The notes beneath the pieces were generated by a model. That model was given only the letters and a program-made list of their open reading frames with translations. It searched no databases and was not told where the DNA came from. Source: Saccharolobus solfataricus (GTDB lineage: Archaea; Thermoproteota; Thermoprotei_A; Sulfolobales; Sulfolobaceae). Taken from it: DNA of 32,000 nt. Position 1 is the stretch's first letter, and every line of letters begins with the position of its first letter. Of this stretch, positions 1 through 9,103 are shown piece by piece. The stretch covers positions 1,260,001-1,292,000 of the forward strand of contig NZ_LT549890.1 of the NCBI RefSeq assembly GCF_900079115.1, in the 5' to 3' direction. Both the position numbers and the translations under genes were made by a program.

Positions 1-992
1 AGACTTCCCAAATAGTCCCATCTACCGTTATTTGATTTTATGAGTCTCTCACGAAATATCCACAGTATTACAGGGAAAAATCTTCCAGCATTGACCTCCT
101 CATAAAGGAGAGCGAGCTTAAGTGTACCTATCTTAAGTCCTAGTTTAGACTCGATTCTTCTCAAGATCTTTTCTATTATCAATGCCTCATCCGGTGTCTG
201 GGTTTTAGGTAGATAGAAATATACTCCAGAACCCGCACTCTTCAGACTATTATAATTGTTTAGGGTATATATAACGGCAGAAACAATTATAGCCGGTACT
301 GGTTTACCATTTAACGTTATATCGAAATCCAAGAGGTGTAATCCAGGGAGTCTGTGGAAAATCACTGGCCACTTATCCCTAGGTTTGTTTAAGCTGTACG
401 TTTTTCCCTTCTCGTAATAAGGATTTGGAGCCTTACCGGAGAGGAAGAGTTTTACGTTCTTTCTTCCCTCCCATACGTCAGCAATTGTTTTACCAGAACC
501 AAAGGGTATATACCATGCAGGTGAGGCGTCTTCCTCATCTTCCATAACACATGCTACGTCTGAGTTTATTTGATTATACGCCCTACTCAGAGGATACCAA
601 GGTCCAGTGATTTCTAACCCTGGGTTATTGAGGGGATGTGCGTCCTTTGGTATTGGTACATTTTCATTTAACCTCCATTTTAGCTTTGACTGTACCCCGA
701 GGAAGTTATCTATCATCCCTTGAATGATTTCCCTAAAGGTTCTCTTATTTCCATCAGCATCTACAAAGACTTCGTCAAAGGATGGAAAAGCACCTTTTGA
801 GGTCACGGGGTCTTTTGATTCTAACCATAGTCGCCTTTTATTAATAACCTTTCTTATCTCATCTGAGAACTCAACTGCGAGCTCCTCAATTAGTTTTTCA
901 ACACTTACAATCCTATCGTTTATGGTCTTTTCTCCGAATAGGTCACTATACTTTTGATAGATCTCCTCAGGGATTTTAAGGCTAGAAGACAT
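1..992 (-). CDS. aceB: Malate synthase, N-terminal ~330 aa (partial; continues past the left edge of the window)
   Basis: Not in the ORF track because it runs off the window. My translation from the ATG at 992..990 is open to position 1: MSSSLKIPEEIYQKYSDLFGEKT...LLYEEVNAGRFFPVILWIFRERLIKSNNGRWDYLGS. The NGRWDY motif matches the conserved malate synthase (N)CGRWDY(IF)S signature. Confidence 0.7.
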   Translation of the reverse strand, partial: MSSSLKIPEEIYQKYSDLFGEKTINDRIVSVEKLIEELAVEFSDEIRKVINKRRLWLESKDPVTSKGAFPSFDEVFVDADGNKRTFREIIQGMIDNFLGVQSKLKWRLNENVPIPKDAHPLNNPGLEITGPWYPLSRAYNQINSDVACVMEDEEDASPAWYIPFGSGKTIADVWEGRKNVKLFLSGKAPNPYYEKGKTYSLNKPRDKWPVIFHRLPGLHLLDFDITLNGKPVPAIIVSAVIYTLNNYNSLKSAGSGVYFYLPKTQTPDEALIIEKILRRIESKLGLKIGTLKLALLYEEVNAGRFFPVILWIFRERLIKSNNGRWDYLGS

Positions 993-1348
993 TTGATCCC
1001 CAATTTTAAAAAGTTGGAGAATACTATTAAATTTTTCTAAAAAAGTTTCAATTAGATATATGGAGTACCTTATGGAAGAACTTATTTCTTTTTTGAACGT
1101 GCTTTTTAAGTTTTTAAATAAGAAATTGTATCTTGCAGCTTGTAGAGAACTCTACGATTTAGTCTCTGTGAACTGTAAGGGGAAGAGAAAAACTTCTCTC
1201 AATATTTGAGCTTAAGATTAAGGATAAATTCGTCATTGTCTAAGATTGGTGTGAATGTAACAAATTTATCTTATCTATTGAAATCCTATATGGAGTTTTT
1301 ACTGGGAAACATAAGTATTTAAATTTTAAAATAATACATATATTTACC

Positions 1349-1402
1349 ATGTCAAATAGTGGAGGAAAGGATTGGGTAACAGCGTTAAAGGTGGCCATAT
1401 CA
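1349..1402 (+). pseudogene. 5' fragment (18 codons, MSNSGGKDWVTALKVAIS) of an MFS metabolite:H+ symporter-type transporter, cut off by the ISC1904 insertion
   Basis: The ATG at 1349 is preceded by an AT-rich TATA-like tract. The frame runs directly into the IS left end at 1403 and resumes in frame at 3307 (NLGWGFELFDLVVYLY...). Confidence 0.75.
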
Positions 1403-1466
1403 GCCGTTGCCAACAGTTTCAGATAAACCGTAAAGTTTATATTATTTTGCCACAAACTCTTATACA

Positions 1467-2045
1467 ATGCTAAGATCAAAGGAAGCATGCCAAAGACTAG
1501 GAATATCCTATGCAACACTTAGAGAATACGTTAAGAAAGGATACATAAAACCAGTTATACTACAGAGCGGAAAATGGAGATTCAGAGAAGAAGACGTAGA
1601 GAGGCTAATGGGAATTATTAGAAAAAGAAAAGTAATACTTTACGCCAGAGTATCATCTTCCACACAAAAAGACGATCTGGCAAACCAAGTGAAATATCTA
1701 GAGGAACAAGTCAAAGAATACGACCAAGTAATCACAGACATAGGTTCCGGGTTAAACATGAAGAGAAAAGGATTCCTAAAACTACTGAAAATGATACTTA
1801 ACAACGAAGTATCACGCGTAGTTATTGCTTACCCAGACAGACTTGTTAGATTCGGCTTCGAAATCCTGGAGGAAGTGTGCAAAGCACATGGCTGTGAAAT
1901 AGTAGTAATAAACCAAGAGGACAAAGAAGAAGAATTGGTCGAAGACTTAGTCTCAATACTACTCTCATTCAGTGGGAAACTACATGGCATGAGAAGTCAT
2001 AAATACGAGAAGGTGAAGAAATGTGCTGAAGAACTTAAGGCTTAA
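1467..2045 (+). CDS. IS607-family OrfA: serine recombinase/resolvase-type transposase with an N-terminal MerR-like HTH
   Basis: The N-terminal HTH is ACQRLGISYATLREYVKKG. The catalytic serine motif is ILYARVSSSTQKDDL. It overlaps the downstream orfB. Confidence 0.9.
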   Translation: MLRSKEACQRLGISYATLREYVKKGYIKPVILQSGKWRFREEDVERLMGIIRKRKVILYARVSSSTQKDDLANQVKYLEEQVKEYDQVITDIGSGLNMKRKGFLKLLKMILNNEVSRVVIAYPDRLVRFGFEILEEVCKAHGCEIVVINQEDKEEELVEDLVSILLSFSGKLHGMRSHKYEKVKKCAEELKA

Positions 2046-3294
2046 GTCATTCCAACCAGAGGAAGAGTACGTGCACTTCACGTACTCCATCAAGAACGAC
2101 AAGAGGGAGGAGAGCAAAGAATTAATTAAAGAATACACAACACTACTACAGAAAGCAATTGACTACCTGTGGAGTTTAACGAAAATACAAGTAAGAAAGA
2201 ACGGTAATTACAAGATAACACTACCGAAGAAGAAGGAGGTGTACAAACCACTTAGGGATGAACTAGAGAAGATCAACCACCTTGCATCACACTACGTCGA
2301 TAAGGCAATTAATGACGCATTCTCGATCTTGAAGTCGTGGAGGAAAAGGGCTATAAAGGGGAGAGCTTCGATTGAAAAACCAAGGGTAAAGAAGGCTTAC
2401 GTTAGGATAAAGACGACTCTGAGGAAGGTTGTGGGGGAAAGCGTTAGAATAACGGTAAGACCTTATGAGTACATCACCTTCTCGTGGAGTAAGTCATGGT
2501 TCTCAAGAAGGGTTAGGGAGTTGGAACTTGGTGAACCTATAATTAAGGAGGAGAAAGTGTATTTGCCATTTCGTTACAAGTTACCCTGGGCAACACCATT
2601 AAACTTTCTGGCAATTGACTCCAACCTTTATACTCTAGATGCTTATGATGGTGAGAAATTCGTTACAATCTCACTAAAGCAGTTGTACTCCCTTAAGTAC
2701 TCTATGGAGGTGAAGAGGGCTAAGGTGCAATCATTTGCATCAAAGCACACGAAGAGGGGGAGAGAGTTGTTAAGGAAGTATTCGCATAGGGAGAGGAATC
2801 GCGTTCTGGACTTCGTTCACAAGTTTGTAAACGCGTTGTTGGACTTGTACCCCATGACGTTTTTCGCTGTGGAAAAGCTTAACAAAGAGAGTATGTTTGT
2901 AGACGCTAATGACTCTCTTTCGAGGAAGATTTCTAGGACTGTTTGGAGGAGTATACACAGAGTGTTGAAGTATAAGGCTCCGCTTTACGGTTCTTTCGTT
3001 AAGGAAGTGAACCCACGCTTTACATCTAGGTCTTGCCCCAGATGTGGGTTTGTATCCCGAAAGGTTGGTAAGACCTTTGAGTGTGAGAGGTGTGGGTTTA
3101 AGTTGGATAGGCAATTGAACGCGTCACTGAATATTTATCTCAAGATGTGCGGATTCCCTCACATCCGTGATATAGCACGGGTGTGGGTTGGGGTTATTCC
3201 GCTAATGGGGCGAAGAGGGATGAACGGGTTTCCCCGTGACTTTGGTGAAGCCCAAGGGCTGAGGATTGATATTAAATATCATGAAATCCCATGA
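2023..3294 (+). CDS. tnpB: IS607-family OrfB, TnpB-like RuvC/zinc-finger protein (start codon uncertain; GTG at 2023)
   Basis: RuvC-like motifs are LAIDSN, AVEKLN and LDRQLNASLNI. The zinc finger is CPRCG...CERCG. Size is 423 aa. Confidence 0.85.
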   Translation: MLKNLRLKSFQPEEEYVHFTYSIKNDKREESKELIKEYTTLLQKAIDYLWSLTKIQVRKNGNYKITLPKKKEVYKPLRDELEKINHLASHYVDKAINDAFSILKSWRKRAIKGRASIEKPRVKKAYVRIKTTLRKVVGESVRITVRPYEYITFSWSKSWFSRRVRELELGEPIIKEEKVYLPFRYKLPWATPLNFLAIDSNLYTLDAYDGEKFVTISLKQLYSLKYSMEVKRAKVQSFASKHTKRGRELLRKYSHRERNRVLDFVHKFVNALLDLYPMTFFAVEKLNKESMFVDANDSLSRKISRTVWRSIHRVLKYKAPLYGSFVKEVNPRFTSRSCPRCGFVSRKVGKTFECERCGFKLDRQLNASLNIYLKMCGFPHIRDIARVWVGVIPLMGRRGMNGFPRDFGEAQGLRIDIKYHEIP

Positions 3295-3306
3295 AGCCCA
3301 AACCCC

Positions 3307-4538
3307 AATTTAGGCTGGGGATTTGAACTATTCGATTTAGTAGTCTACCTATATGTTGCAACTACAATATCTCCTCTATTCTTTCCTTCTTCAAGCAAAA
3401 TAGCTAGCTTATTGCTTTTTCTATTAACCATAGTCATAGGATATTTTGCCAGACCTTTAGGAGGTATATTCTTTGGACATTATGGAGATAAGATAGGGAG
3501 GAAGAGAATATGGTTTGTTTCACTGCTTGGAATGGGTATTGCTACTACACTAATAGGGTTTTTGCCCACTTATAATCAAGTTGGCATATTTGCTACCATA
3601 CTACTGATTTTGTTACGAATATTGCAAGGCTTTTTCTTAGCTGGAGAATGGGGAGGAGGAATGACGTTAGTTAATGAGTTTTCTCCAAGTAATTTGAGGG
3701 GATTAATGAGTGGTGTACAACAAGGAGGAGCAGCATTGGGTTTAATATTCGCGGTAATTGCTAGTGAAATAGCCTCGTCTTTAGCACCTGGTTCTGCCTT
3801 TGCTACATATGGTTGGAGAATTATGTTCTGGTTCGGTGTTATTCCACTAATAATAGCTTTAACTGTAAGGTGGAAGGTTGGTGAGAGTATTGAATGGCTA
3901 ACTAAGGTAGCAGATAAACCTGAAAAAATTCCTATTGCCACTGTTTTTAAGAAATGGTGGAAGCTGGTTATAATAGCTGCTGTAGTGTTGTTTAGTAGTG
4001 GGTCTATATACTACGGCATTATAGCGTACATGTCTACATTTTTTGAACTTTACACACATTTATCAATATATGAAATAGATAATATTGTATTGGCCACTAA
4101 TCTAGTATGGTTATTCCTCTCTCCATTGACTGGTTATTTAAGTGATATATTGAAGATGAGAAAGACATTAATAGCAATACTAGGATTTATCATTGGTATC
4201 TTGGTATACCCAATAATAAATGTGCTTTACACCAGTTCATATATCTTAAGCATTTTAGCCGGTATGCTATTAGGATTTTTATTTGCGTTTCAATACTCAA
4301 TATTTCCCGCTTGGTTATCTGAAAACATTAATACTAATGTGAGATACTCGTACATAGCTTTCTCAATCAATTTAGGAGTGGCACTTTCATCCTTTGCCCC
4401 TTACATAGTAACAGCACTAGGATTAATCTTTCATAATCCGGTCATAGGATTGCAGTTTTTGATATATCTGCTTCAATATTAGGAGGAATAGCCGCTTTAC
4501 TATCACCACCTGATAAAGTGGGAATGCAACTTAGTTGA
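3307..4538 (+). pseudogene. Remainder of the MFS transporter interrupted by ISC1904. It also carries a frameshift near the 3' end (T5 run at 4456..4460).
   Basis: The sequence NLGWGFELFDLVVYLYVATTISPLFFP...GYFARPLGGIFFGHYGDKIGRKRIW is typical of metabolite:H+ symporter MFS N-termini. The frame stops at 4482, but a plausible C-terminus (ISASILGGIAALLSPPDKVGMQLS*) continues in another frame to 4538. Confidence 0.75.
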
Positions 4539-4544
4539 AAAAAG

Positions 4545-5338
4545 TCAACTTTTTTCTTCTTCTCTTTTTCTTAGCTCAAATCTCTTCAATTTACCGGTCT
4601 CCGTTCTAGGTAATTCTTTAACGAATTCTATTTCTCTAGGATACGCATATAAGGCTAGTCTGCTTTTTACAAATTGTTGAATTTCCTCTACTAGACTATC
4701 AGATGGAGAATATCCATCCTTTAGTACTATAAATGCCTTTATTACATTTCCTCTCAACCTATCCGGCTTACCTATTACAGCAACTTCTTGAACTGCGGGA
4801 TGTTGTAATATAATACTCTCTATCTCCTCCGGTCCCAATCTATAGCCGGAAACCTTTATTACGTCATCCCCTCTCCCTTTAAACCAAATATAACCATTTT
4901 GATCCATTAAACCTAGGTCTCCCATTAAGAACCAATGTCCTCTAAACTTCTTAGCGGTAGCTTCCGGATTCTTATAATATCCTAGAAATAATACAGGATC
5001 CTCTATCCTTACTGCTATTTCTCCAACTTGATTTATTACCTCATTACCTTTTTCATCAATGACTGCTATCTCATGACCGGGAGTAGGTTTACCTACAGAT
5101 CCTATCTTACGCCACATGGAGTTATTTACGGTCACTAGATTAGCCTCTGTACAACCATAAAATTCATTAACATTGGGGGATAACTCTTTCATTGCCCACT
5201 CAATCAAGTCTCCTCCCACAGCTTCTCCAGCACTACTAACTGCTCTTAATCTTAAATCGTAATCTCTCCTTGGACTACTAACTTCCTTCCTAATCATTCT
5301 TAAAGCCGTAGGGGGGATGAAAGCGCAAGTAACCTTAT
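4545..5338 (-). pseudogene. C-terminal part of an AMP-forming acyl-CoA synthetase/ligase split by ISC1316
   Basis: Adenylate-forming enzyme motifs are present: YGCTE, GEIAVR, GWFLMGDLG-like HWFLMGDLG, DDVIKVSGYRLGPEEIE and PRTETGKLKR. It joins in frame with 6646..7486 once 5339..6645 is removed. Confidence 0.85.
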
Positions 5339-5432
5339 AACAGACGGGGGTTCAAAGGGGGCGGAAAACTTCTCTTTGAGGCGGATCCCTTTGTAGAAAA
5401 GTTAAAATAGGAAAATAACGAAATACACATCA

Positions 5433-6608
5433 ATGCCCACCTTAGGGTTTCGCTTCCGTGCATACACTGACGAACAAACCCTTAGGGCGTTAAAGGCCCA
5501 GTTGAAGTTAGCGTGCAAAATCTACAACACCTTAAGGTGGGCAGACATATACTTTTACCAAAGGGATGGGAAAGGACTTACGCAGACTGAGTTAAGACAG
5601 TTGGCTCTAGATCTGAGAAAACAAGATGATGAGTATAAGCAACTCTATTCTCAAGTAGTTCAACAAATAGCCGACCGTTACTACGAAGCTAGACAGAGGT
5701 TTTTTGAAGGTTTAGCACGTTTCCCGAAAGAAAAGAAACCTCACAAATACTACTCCCTTGTCTATCCCCAGTATGGTTGGAAAATACTTCACGTTAGAGA
5801 AATAAGAAAAGGAAGCAAGAAGAAACTAATAACGCTTAAACTATCAAATCTTGGTACATTCAAGGTAATAGTTCACCGAGACTTTCCCCTTGACAAAGTA
5901 AAGAGGGTAGTAGTGAAGCTAACAAGATCTGAGAGGATATACATCACTTTCGTAGTTGATCACGAATTCCCCAAGTTACCTAACACTGGTAAGGAAGTGG
6001 CGATAGATGTTGGTGTAGAAAAGTTGTTAGTAACGTCAGATGGTGAGTATTTTCCTAATTTGAGACCTTACGAGAAAGCGTTATGGAAAGTGAAGCATCT
6101 ACACAGAGAACTTTCAAGGAAGAAGTTCCTCTCTAATAATTGGTTTAAGGCTAAGGTTAAGCTTGCTAGGGCTTATGAGTATTTGAAGAATCTAAGAACG
6201 GATCTTTACATGAAGTTGGGTAAATGGTTTGCTGAGCATTATGACGTTGTGGTGATGGAGGGTATTCACGCTAAACAACTTGTGGGTAAGTCCTTGAGGT
6301 CTCTGAGGAGGAGGCTGAGTGATGTGGGATTTGGTGAGTTGAGGGGTGTGCTGAAGTATCAGCTGGAAAAATACGGTAAGAAACTCATCCTAGTTAATCC
6401 TGCATACACTTCCAAAACTTGTGCTAGGTGCGGGTATGTGAAAAATGACTTGTCTCTATCTGATCGTGTTTTCGTTTGTCCCAACTGTGGTTGGATTGCA
6501 GATCGTGACTATAATGCTTCTCTTAACATCTTACGTGGATCGGGGTCGGAGCGACCCTTAGTGTGGAGCTCCGCCCTCTACCAGTACTCTGGCATGGCAG
6601 AGCTGTGA
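5433..6608 (+). CDS. tnpB: TnpB (OrfB) of the ISC1316-type element, 391 aa
   Basis: RuvC motifs are [15 protein letters not shown] and [11 protein letters not shown]. The zinc finger is CARCG...CPNCG. Confidence 0.9.
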   Translation: MPTLGFRFRAYTDEQTLRALKAQLKLACKIYNTLRWADIYFYQRDGKGLTQTELRQLALDLRKQDDEYKQLYSQVVQQIADRYYEARQRFFEGLARFPKEKKPHKYYSLVYPQYGWKILHVREIRKGSKKKLITLKLSNLGTFKVIVHRDFPLDKVKRVVVKLTRSERIYITFVVDHEFPKLPNTGKEVAIDVGVEKLLVTSDGEYFPNLRPYEKALWKVKHLHRELSRKKFLSNNWFKAKVKLARAYEYLKNLRTDLYMKLGKWFAEHYDVVVMEGIHAKQLVGKSLRSLRRRLSDVGFGELRGVLKYQLEKYGKKLILVNPAYTSKTCARCGYVKNDLSLSDRVFVCPNCGWIADRDYNASLNILRGSGSERPLVWSSALYQYSGMAEL

Positions 6609-6615
6609 AGCAGGA

Positions 6616-6642
6616 AGCTCCCTCATTTATGAGGGGGTAGCT
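6616..6642 (+). other. Subterminal right-end hairpin of ISC1316 copy 1 (agct-ccctca-ttta-tgaggg-ggt-agct)
   Basis: An inverted repeat read directly: a 6-bp stem ccctca/tgaggg with loop ttta, flanked by an agct/agct pairing. The identical structure is in copy 2 at 31520..31546. It sits 8 nt after the tnpB stop, where IS200/IS605 right-end hairpins and the omega/reRNA scaffold 3' end are expected. Confidence 0.6.
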
Positions 6643-6645
6643 CAC

Positions 6646-7486
6646 ATTTTTGCATTATGGCTAGGGTATCTTTAGGGGAGAATTTACCTAGCCTTCTATA
6701 TGCTACTATTGGCTTCCCGAAATAGAGGCTAGGTAGTATTACATCGCCTATAGCCCCAATCCAGCCCCAGTCCGCGGGTGTATAAAATACATCCTCTTCT
6801 CTTGGTGCCATTTCGAAATAGAGCTGATAGGCAGGAATATGTCCCAACAGAAATCTATGAGCATGAAGGACTCCCTTTGGTGCTCCAGTACTACCAGAGG
6901 TATAAAAGAGTTGGGCTGGATCATCACTCTTAGTATCTACCGCATAATGTACTCCAGAGGTCTTTTTAACCTCATCGAAATTAATTTCACTTTCATCTCT
7001 AGCTTCATCAGCAACTATAATCTTAGTTACGTTCCTTAATTTTTCTCTAACCTCTTTTCTTGAACCTTCAATTATTATAGCCTTGGCATCACTTTGTCTT
7101 ATTCTATATTCAACAGCCTCTACTCCCATTAATGGTGAAATCGATAAGCTAATTGCTCCAAGCCTATATAGTGATAAAATACTTATTACAGTTTCAACCC
7201 TGGGCTGTAAGTAAATACCAACCACATCCCCTCTTTTTACTCCTATTTCTCTTAAAATTGTTATTAAAGAATCGCTAAGACTCTTTAATTGGGCGAAAGT
7301 ATAAACGAAATGATCACCTTCCTCGTCTTCATAGTATATTGCGATGTTATCTCCTACACCTTCCTTAACCTTTCTATCTAATATCGATTCTCCTATATTA
7401 AAGCGAGAAGGAATATTCCATTTGAATGTTCTCACAAGTTCATCATAATTATGAAATCTAATTTCCCTCAAATCTACCTCGAGCAT
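6646..7486 (-). pseudogene. N-terminal part of the AMP-forming acyl-CoA synthetase split by ISC1316
   Basis: The AMP-binding P-loop motif is FYTSGSTGAPKGVLH. The ORF-track tail CELPPHK* is encoded by IS sequence. The native reading resumes at 5338 as ...AIMQKYKVTCAFIPPTALRMIRKE... Confidence 0.85.
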
Positions 7487-7586
7487 AAGAAGACTATCTC
7501 AATTCTAGTATATAACTATTATTATTTATGATAGTATTAAATTGATGGTAAGTTAAGCTTTTAAATATAAATTAGGAAAAGGCTTT

Positions 7587-8687
7587 ATGTATAGGGTTAT
7601 TGAGTTAGGACACGTAATTTCAGCACCATTCGCAGGAGAGATCTTGAGACATTTAGGATTTGAGGTAATAAAGATTGAACCACTACTAGGAGATCCAAGT
7701 AGGAAAGACGACGTTTTAGTAGATTCCATGTTCGTCTTCAATAATAGGGGTAAAAGATCAATTTCCGTAGATTTAAGAAAGGAAAAGGGAAAAGAGGTTT
7801 TCCTAAGATTAGTACGGAACTCCCACGTCTTAATCGAGAACTTATCTCCTCATGTAATGGATAGGCTAGGATTATCAGATGACGTTATATTTTCGACCAA
7901 TCCCTCCTTAGTATACTGCTCCATAAAGGGATATCCTAAGGGGAAATACGAAAATCTACCTGCCTTCGGTACCATAATTGAGGCGGAAAGCGGTATCATG
8001 GATGCTAATGGAAAGGCAAGGTTACCTGCTTCAATAACCGACATGAACGCATCTACGTATTGCGTAATTACGATTTTATGGGCACTGCTTATGAAGAAAC
8101 CCGGGCACTATAGGGTGAGCATTATCCAAGCCAATACAGTTTGGTTAGGATATTATCTCATAGCATATCAGAAATACGGTAAGCTCTTTGAAGCTGGAAA
8201 AGATGAACTTCCCTTCTGGGCTCCCTATGAGTTATTCAAGAGTTCCGAGGAGAAGGAATTTTACTTAGCAGTAAATGATAACGAAAAATTTACAAAGCTC
8301 TGTAAGGCACTGGGATTAGAGGACCTATTAGCTGATGAAAGGTTTAAAACTAACGCGGATAGGGTTAGAAATAGAAAGATATTACATGAAAAGCTTCAAC
8401 AGAAGTTCAGCTCAATGAAACTGGAAGAGATAATGAACATTTTACGTTATAATGATATACCCGTGGGTAAATTAAATAACTTGAAAGATTTAATTAGTAA
8501 CGAATTAGTGGAATGGGATACGTTTAGAAACGTTCAAGTACCTAAACTCCCTCTACCAGGTAGTCTTAATAGCCAACATGTGCCAAATGTAGGGGAAGAT
8601 ACTCTATATATATTAAAAGAGCTTGGGTATTCAGAAAACGAAATAGAAAGTATGATAAAAGAAAATGTAATTAATTATAACAAATAG
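7587..8687 (+). CDS. Family III CoA-transferase (CaiB/BaiF / formyl-CoA transferase / racemase-like)
   Basis: The N-terminus VIELGHVISAPFAGEILRHLGFEVIKIEPLLGDPSR is the typical family III signature. It is divergently paired with the acyl-CoA synthetase. Confidence 0.8.
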   Translation: MYRVIELGHVISAPFAGEILRHLGFEVIKIEPLLGDPSRKDDVLVDSMFVFNNRGKRSISVDLRKEKGKEVFLRLVRNSHVLIENLSPHVMDRLGLSDDVIFSTNPSLVYCSIKGYPKGKYENLPAFGTIIEAESGIMDANGKARLPASITDMNASTYCVITILWALLMKKPGHYRVSIIQANTVWLGYYLIAYQKYGKLFEAGKDELPFWAPYELFKSSEEKEFYLAVNDNEKFTKLCKALGLEDLLADERFKTNADRVRNRKILHEKLQQKFSSMKLEEIMNILRYNDIPVGKLNNLKDLISNELVEWDTFRNVQVPKLPLPGSLNSQHVPNVGEDTLYILKELGYSENEIESMIKENVINYNK

Positions 8688-8699
8688 AGAAGAAAAGAA

Positions 8700-8830
8700 G
8701 GGGTTGGACTTTTATAGGATTTCATGATATTTAAAATCAAACAGGGGAACCTTTCCACCAAGGAACTCCATGAACTTCTCACTGCCCCTTATCTTCCAAG
8801 TAGTTCCAAGTGGTGGACGAACTTGATTAG
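8700..8830 (-). mobile_element. Solo right-end remnant of a diverged ISC1904-like (OrfB/TnpB-type) element
   Basis: An 18-nt exact match (ggatttcatgatatttaa, 8717..8734) to the orfB 3' end of ISC1904 copy 2 (13187..13204). The terminus ggggttggactt resembles ggggtttgggctt. The minus-strand translation ...VRPPLGTTWKIRGSEKFMEFLGGKVPLFDFKYHEIL* resembles the OrfB tail ...VIPLMGRRGMNGFPRDFGEAQGLRIDIKYHEIP*. Confidence 0.55.
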
Positions 8831-9103
8831 GAGGGTTTTGAAGAGAAGGATAACGTCTCACTTAGGTCAAGTAAAGGGACTCTAACTTGTTTCTAAACTT
8901 CTCCCAAGGGAGGACCTTATCGGCTTTGAGTAACAAATCTTTTTCAGTTGAAATTGCCTTTACCATAATATTATCTCGTCCCATTTTCTTATTAATATTA
9001 CTCATGAATAGCCATTTTAAACAACTTGGATAACGTCGCGTTTAGTTTCTCTCAATCAAGAGAATGTTTTTAAAAGCTAGTAATAATAAAGATATAATTG
9101 AAG

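Larger units (their letters stand above)
1403..3306 (+). mobile_element. ISC1904-type IS607-family insertion sequence, copy 1 (1904 bp, intact orfA and orfB)
   Basis: Ends were set by alignment with the second copy at 13170..15149. Homology starts at gccgttgccaacag and ends at catgaagcccaaacccc. The length is exactly 1904 bp. There is no target duplication, as expected for serine-recombinase IS607 elements. Confidence 0.9.
5339..6645 (+). mobile_element. ISC1316-type IS200/IS605-family element, copy 1 (TnpB only, no TnpA; ~1307 bp)
   Basis: Ends were set by alignment with copy 2 (30242..31549) and by in-frame rebuilding of the host gene. The left end aacagacggggg is preceded by TTAT. The right end is ...gggggtagctcac. 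There is no target duplication. Confidence 0.85.

Noticed and set aside
724-957. 77-aa plus-strand ORF from the track
   Set aside because: It lies wholly antisense inside the malate synthase reading frame. Its composition is low-complexity and Ser/Leu/Phe-rich, typical of a shadow ORF.
1060-1209. 49-aa ORF (MEYLMEELISFLNVLFKFLNKKLYLAACRELYDLVSVNCKGKRKTSLNI*) in the spacer between the malate synthase and the MFS gene
   Set aside because: It is short, has no recognisable motif, and lies in a divergent promoter region. The sequence alone cannot support it.
1240-1518. 92-aa minus-strand ORF spanning the ISC1904 left junction
   Set aside because: It crosses the host/IS boundary at 1403 and is antisense to both the MFS 5' fragment and the orfA start. 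It is an artefact of the insertion.
2770-3114. Antisense ORFs inside ISC1904 orfB (2770..3114 and its counterpart 13512..13748)
   Set aside because: These are shadow frames opposite a well-supported TnpB-like CDS, with no independent signal.
3576-3941. 121-aa antisense ORF inside the MFS gene. The same class covers 6839..7039, 7553..7741, 7850..8044, 12663..12887, 16407..16661, 17640..17822, 18127..18366, 21073..21797, 23028..24023, 24697..25083 and 26165..26416.
   Set aside because: All lie antisense within longer ORFs that have recognisable motifs, and none has motifs of its own.
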